Positions 61,371 to 64,000 of a stretch of DNA of 64,000 bases are shown here, one piece after another. The stretch is from contig CAZXCI010000002.1 in the NCBI GenBank assembly GCA_964639285.1, forward strand, positions 45,660 to 109,659, read 5' to 3'. The translations under genes and the position numbers were made by a program. The stretch is from an uncultured Candidatus Saccharibacteria bacterium. GTDB lineage: Bacteria > Patescibacteriota > Minisyncoccia > Phycocordibacterales > XYD1-FULL-46-19. Each line of letters begins with the position of its first letter. The stretch's first letter is position 1. The notes beneath the pieces were generated by a model. It saw nothing but the letters and a program-made list of their open reading frames with translations. It ran no database searches and was not told where the DNA came from.

Positions 61371-62055
61371 AATCGCTGAACAGTATGCTGCCTACGGCAA
61401 AATAGTCACTACTGACTGGCTACTTGGGCATATGGGTGTGGCTAGATTATTAGAGCCGATCGCCGGCAAAAAGATTCTCGATTATGGCTGTGGCAACGGT
61501 AAGTTCAGCGTCTATTTACAAGACTCAGGAGCTGAGGTTGTTGGGGTGGACATATCGGCTAGCCAACTGGAAGTGGCCAAGAGAGAAAACAGCGAAAACA
61601 TAACTTACCTTCTAAGCAACGATCCAGTAATAGAGGAAAAATATACTGGCTACTTTGATGTCGCTGTTTTGATTTTTGTACTTTGCGAAAACTCCTCTCA
61701 GGAGAAGATTATTTCCATTCTCAAAAGGGTTCATCGTTTACTTAAGCCTAATGGCCAGCTAATTGTTTTGAATCCAAATTGGGATAAGAGTAATGGTAAG
61801 GATTTTATGACTCATCAAATGCTCTTTACTCCAAATCTTACGCCAGGCAGTAAAGTTACGACAATTTTAAAAGGGCCTTCGCCAATTGAGATACCGGATT
61901 TCTATTGGTCAAAAGATAATTATTTAGAGATGCTTAAAGTTTCTGGTTTCAATAATTTTAAGATTTCAGAACCATTGGCTTCCGACAATGAAAGAGAGTG
62001 GAAAGACGAAAAAGAGTTTCCGCCTTATCTCATCATTAAGGCTCGGAAAATCTAA
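61354..62055 (+). CDS. Class I SAM-dependent methyltransferase
   Basis: Motif I ILDYGCGNGKFS, a motif II acidic residue after the beta2 strand (VVGVDIS), and motif post I/III LLKPNGQLIVL. Confidence 0.7.
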   Translation: MGDYDKIAEQYAAYGKIVTTDWLLGHMGVARLLEPIAGKKILDYGCGNGKFSVYLQDSGAEVVGVDISASQLEVAKRENSENITYLLSNDPVIEEKYTGYFDVAVLIFVLCENSSQEKIISILKRVHRLLKPNGQLIVLNPNWDKSNGKDFMTHQMLFTPNLTPGSKVTTILKGPSPIEIPDFYWSKDNYLEMLKVSGFNNFKISEPLASDNEREWKDEKEFPPYLIIKARKI

Positions 62056-62109
62056 AAATTGTACCTAACCAATACTAGACAAAGATTCTTTTGCATTTCA
62101 GACCAGATA

Positions 62110-62139
62110 TTGACAGTATGTCTTACATGTGCTAGGATT
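62110..62139 (+). promoter_or_regulatory. Consensus sigma70 promoter (TTGACA, 18 nt, TAGGAT)
   Basis: It marks the start of a GC-rich (about 55-58%) segment. The downstream RBS GGAAGGAG precedes the ATG at 62248. Confidence 0.5.
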
Positions 62140-62247
62140 ACAGACAGAGCATGAAGGAGCTTCCTGGCTTCTTGAAATAGAGTTATTTACCTAGGGTCTT
62201 CAGCATCACCCTCTTGAAAAGGGGTGTGACAACGGAAGGAGTCGGTT

Positions 62248-62670
62248 ATGAATTGGATTATTGCGATGGCGTTGTGCTTCATCTTATGGAGCGTCTATGC
62301 AATCCCTGGAAACTTCGCCGAGAAGGTTCATGGGGTGTCGGTGAACATGCTCTTCGAGACAATCGCGTTCGTAGGGGTAGCTATCCTCTTGAGCGGGAGA
62401 ATCTGTGAAGGGTTGCCGAGAGTCACGGCTGGCTCTGCCACCTTAGGGTTGCTCATGGGATTAGGGTCAGCGGTCGGCTTCTACTTCTTCTTGACCGCCC
62501 TAAGTCTTGCACCGGGGACAAAGGGAATCGTTCTCGTCGTCCTGGTTGCCGGAATCACTTTTCCCATGCAAAGCGTCCTGTTCAGCTTCTTTGGTGAGGC
62601 CTTGAGCCTTCGCCAGTGGCTGGCCATCGTCGGGATGGGAGTTTCCCTGATCGTCTTCAACTGGAAGTGA
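62248..62670 (+). CDS. Small 4-TM transporter (EamA half-size / SMR-like DMT protein)
   Basis: 140 aa with four hydrophobic helices and a strong SD. The terminator 62684-62727 follows. Confidence 0.55.
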   Translation: MNWIIAMALCFILWSVYAIPGNFAEKVHGVSVNMLFETIAFVGVAILLSGRICEGLPRVTAGSATLGLLMGLGSAVGFYFFLTALSLAPGTKGIVLVVLVAGITFPMQSVLFSFFGEALSLRQWLAIVGMGVSLIVFNWK

Positions 62671-62683
62671 ACTTCCTCCCCTC

Positions 62684-62727
62684 CGCCCGCAGAACCGTCT
62701 GGCTCTGTCGGGCGGTTTCTGTTTTTA
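62684..62727 (+). terminator. Rho-independent terminator
   Basis: Stem CCGCCCG...CGGGCGG followed by TTTCTGTTTTT. Confidence 0.65.
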
Positions 62728-62769
62728 TGTAAAGCTAGTCCGAACTTTATATGCCCATCGGAGCCAAGA

Positions 62770-62798
62770 TTGACATACCGGTTCAAATATGTTAACAT
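62770..62798 (+). promoter_or_regulatory. Consensus sigma70 promoter (TTGACA, 17 nt, TAACAT)
   Basis: It lies just upstream of the AAGGAGG RBS and the ATG at 62822. Confidence 0.5.
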
Positions 62799-62821
62799 AA
62801 GAGGTAGAAAGGAGGTGTCCC

Positions 62822-63418
62822 ATGGACATCACATTGTGGTTCGGAGTAATTGCGGGCCTTATGCATGTGACAGCATTCGTTCTTTACAACAAGCAGATGC
62901 TTCGGGGAACTTCGGTTCCCAATGCGGCGACGTGGACACTTTGGGCTTTCCTTACGGTTCTGAATGTCTCAAGCTATGCGGCAATGAGTGGAGATCTCGT
63001 CAAGAGTATCTTGCCAGCCGCCAGCTCGCTCGCCTGCATCGCAACATTCTTCTTCTCCTTGTATAAAGGAAAGTTGTCGCGAATTGATACCTGGGATGGA
63101 ATTGCTCTGGCCATTGGGGCAGTATCAGGAATCGTCTGGTGGTGGTACAAATCCGCGACCTATGCCAACCTGATACTGCAACTATCGGTCGCGATCTCTT
63201 TCGTTCCGACCTATCGCGGCGTTTGGAGAAATCCCAGTGTCGAGAAGGCCTTTCCCTGGTATCTCTGGAGCTCTGCGTACATTTTGAGCATTGTCGTGAT
63301 CATTCTGCGCTGGAATGGCCAGTATGTCGATCTGGTTTACCCGATCAACTGCCTGTTCCTTCACTTGGCGGTGGGGCTTCTCACTGTCAGAAAGATTCCG
63401 ACGCCTGCTCATGCCTGA
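62822..63418 (+). CDS. Hypothetical polytopic membrane protein (about 6 TM), GC-rich
   Basis: 198 aa, Trp-rich and hydrophobic, with a perfect SD AAGGAGGTG 6 nt upstream. Confidence 0.5.
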   Translation: MDITLWFGVIAGLMHVTAFVLYNKQMLRGTSVPNAATWTLWAFLTVLNVSSYAAMSGDLVKSILPAASSLACIATFFFSLYKGKLSRIDTWDGIALAIGAVSGIVWWWYKSATYANLILQLSVAISFVPTYRGVWRNPSVEKAFPWYLWSSAYILSIVVIILRWNGQYVDLVYPINCLFLHLAVGLLTVRKIPTPAHA

Positions 63419-63557
63419 TACATACATGCCCCGACAGAGAAGCTTTGGCTCTCTGCCGGGGCTTCTTCGTTCATTGAAATATAAAAATTTTTCTGATATT
63501 CTAAAATCACAATTGAATATGGTGGCCTAAACCTACGCTTTTCAATTAAGGCTAGGC

Positions 63558-63680
63558 ATGGCTCAAAGTCCCGATGAAGACACTGAACCCCGCGTTCAGC
63601 AACTCTTCATCGGGCCATATCGGGAAACCGGTATGGGGTCGCAAGACCTAGCTAGCGCGGGGCTTAGTGTATATGAATGA
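63558..63680 (+). other. Structured GC-rich leader with a 40-codon upstream ORF preceding the T5orf172 gene
   Basis: Long stem CCCGATGAAGA...CTCTTCATCGGG (63570-63614) with an internal hairpin. GNRA hairpin GGTC-GCAA-GACC (63637-63648). The ORF MAQSPDEDTEPRVQQLFIGPYRETGMGSQDLASAGLSVYE has a stop that overlaps the downstream ATG. Confidence 0.3.
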
Positions 63681-64000
63681 AATAATCTACATTTTAACCA
63701 ACGAAGCCATGCCGGGGTATATTAAAATCGGGATGACTAATAATTCTCTAGAAGAGAGAATTCGGCAGTTAGACCGAACAAATATCCCGTTGCCTTTTGA
63801 GTGTTATTACGCTTGTGAGGTAGAAAATGCTCACGAGGAAGAAAGATGGCTCCACTCAGTTTTTTCCGATCGAAGAGTTCGAGATGGTCGCGAGTTTTTT
63901 CAAATTGACCCAGAAAGAGTCGTTACGGCCATTCGAAGAGTTCAGAAAAAAGATATAACGCCGAAGAATTTTATTAACACCACTAAAGAAGAAGAAAAAG
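63673..64000 (+). CDS. T5orf172 / GIY-YIG-like domain protein (partial; continues past the window end)
   Basis: MNEIIYILTNEAMPGYIKIGMTNNSLEERIRQLDRTNIPLPFECYYACEVENAHEEERWLHSVFSDRRVRDGREFFQIDPERV matches the T5orf172 (GIY-YIG-like) pattern VY.L.N.AMPG..KIG.T...eeR..eL......P..f...Y...v.....E..lH.....RV...REFF. Confidence 0.7.
   Translation, partial: MNEIIYILTNEAMPGYIKIGMTNNSLEERIRQLDRTNIPLPFECYYACEVENAHEEERWLHSVFSDRRVRDGREFFQIDPERVVTAIRRVQKKDITPKNFINTTKEEEK

Overview
The window is a low-GC (about 40%) gene-dense segment that looks like a Patescibacteria/CPR-type genome, and nearly all of it is + strand translation, cell-division and DNA-repair genes. Housekeeping genes I can support are infC, smpB, a tmRNA, ftsH, recG, a P-type Ca-ATPase with a CaCA exchanger, a Pif1-like helicase, ligA, a pseudouridine synthase, gatC, gatA, prfB, ftsE, ftsX and pyrG. 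There is a large type IV pilus/competence locus: comFC, pilM, N-like, O-like, pilB, a CheY-like regulator, pilT, pilC, two pilins, pilD and four minor pilins. There are nine tRNAs, including an unusual tRNA-Ile(UAU) and an initiator-like tRNA-Met. Several accessory or foreign signatures stand out. (1) A GC-rich island sits directly after the tmRNA, with its own promoter and terminator. (2) A decayed defence islet holds a C-terminal remnant of a type IIG/BREX-like N6-methyltransferase and a Panacea-domain antitoxin/toxin pair. (3) Two IS200/RAYT-like Y1 transposase copies each have their own flanking hairpins, and one sits between the two pilin genes. (4) A tRNA cluster contains two degenerate 5' tRNA half-copies carrying palindromic insertions at the same D-loop position, plus a small GIY-YIG nuclease gene fused to the start of tRNA-Asp. 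(5) A likely integrated element next to tRNA-Gln carries a large serine recombinase, an 859-aa unknown membrane protein, a GC-rich two-gene membrane cassette with E. coli-like consensus promoters, and a T5orf172/GIY-YIG gene preceded by a structured GC-rich leader. No rRNA or CRISPR array was seen, and the standard genetic code fits (RF2 present, long ORFs intact).
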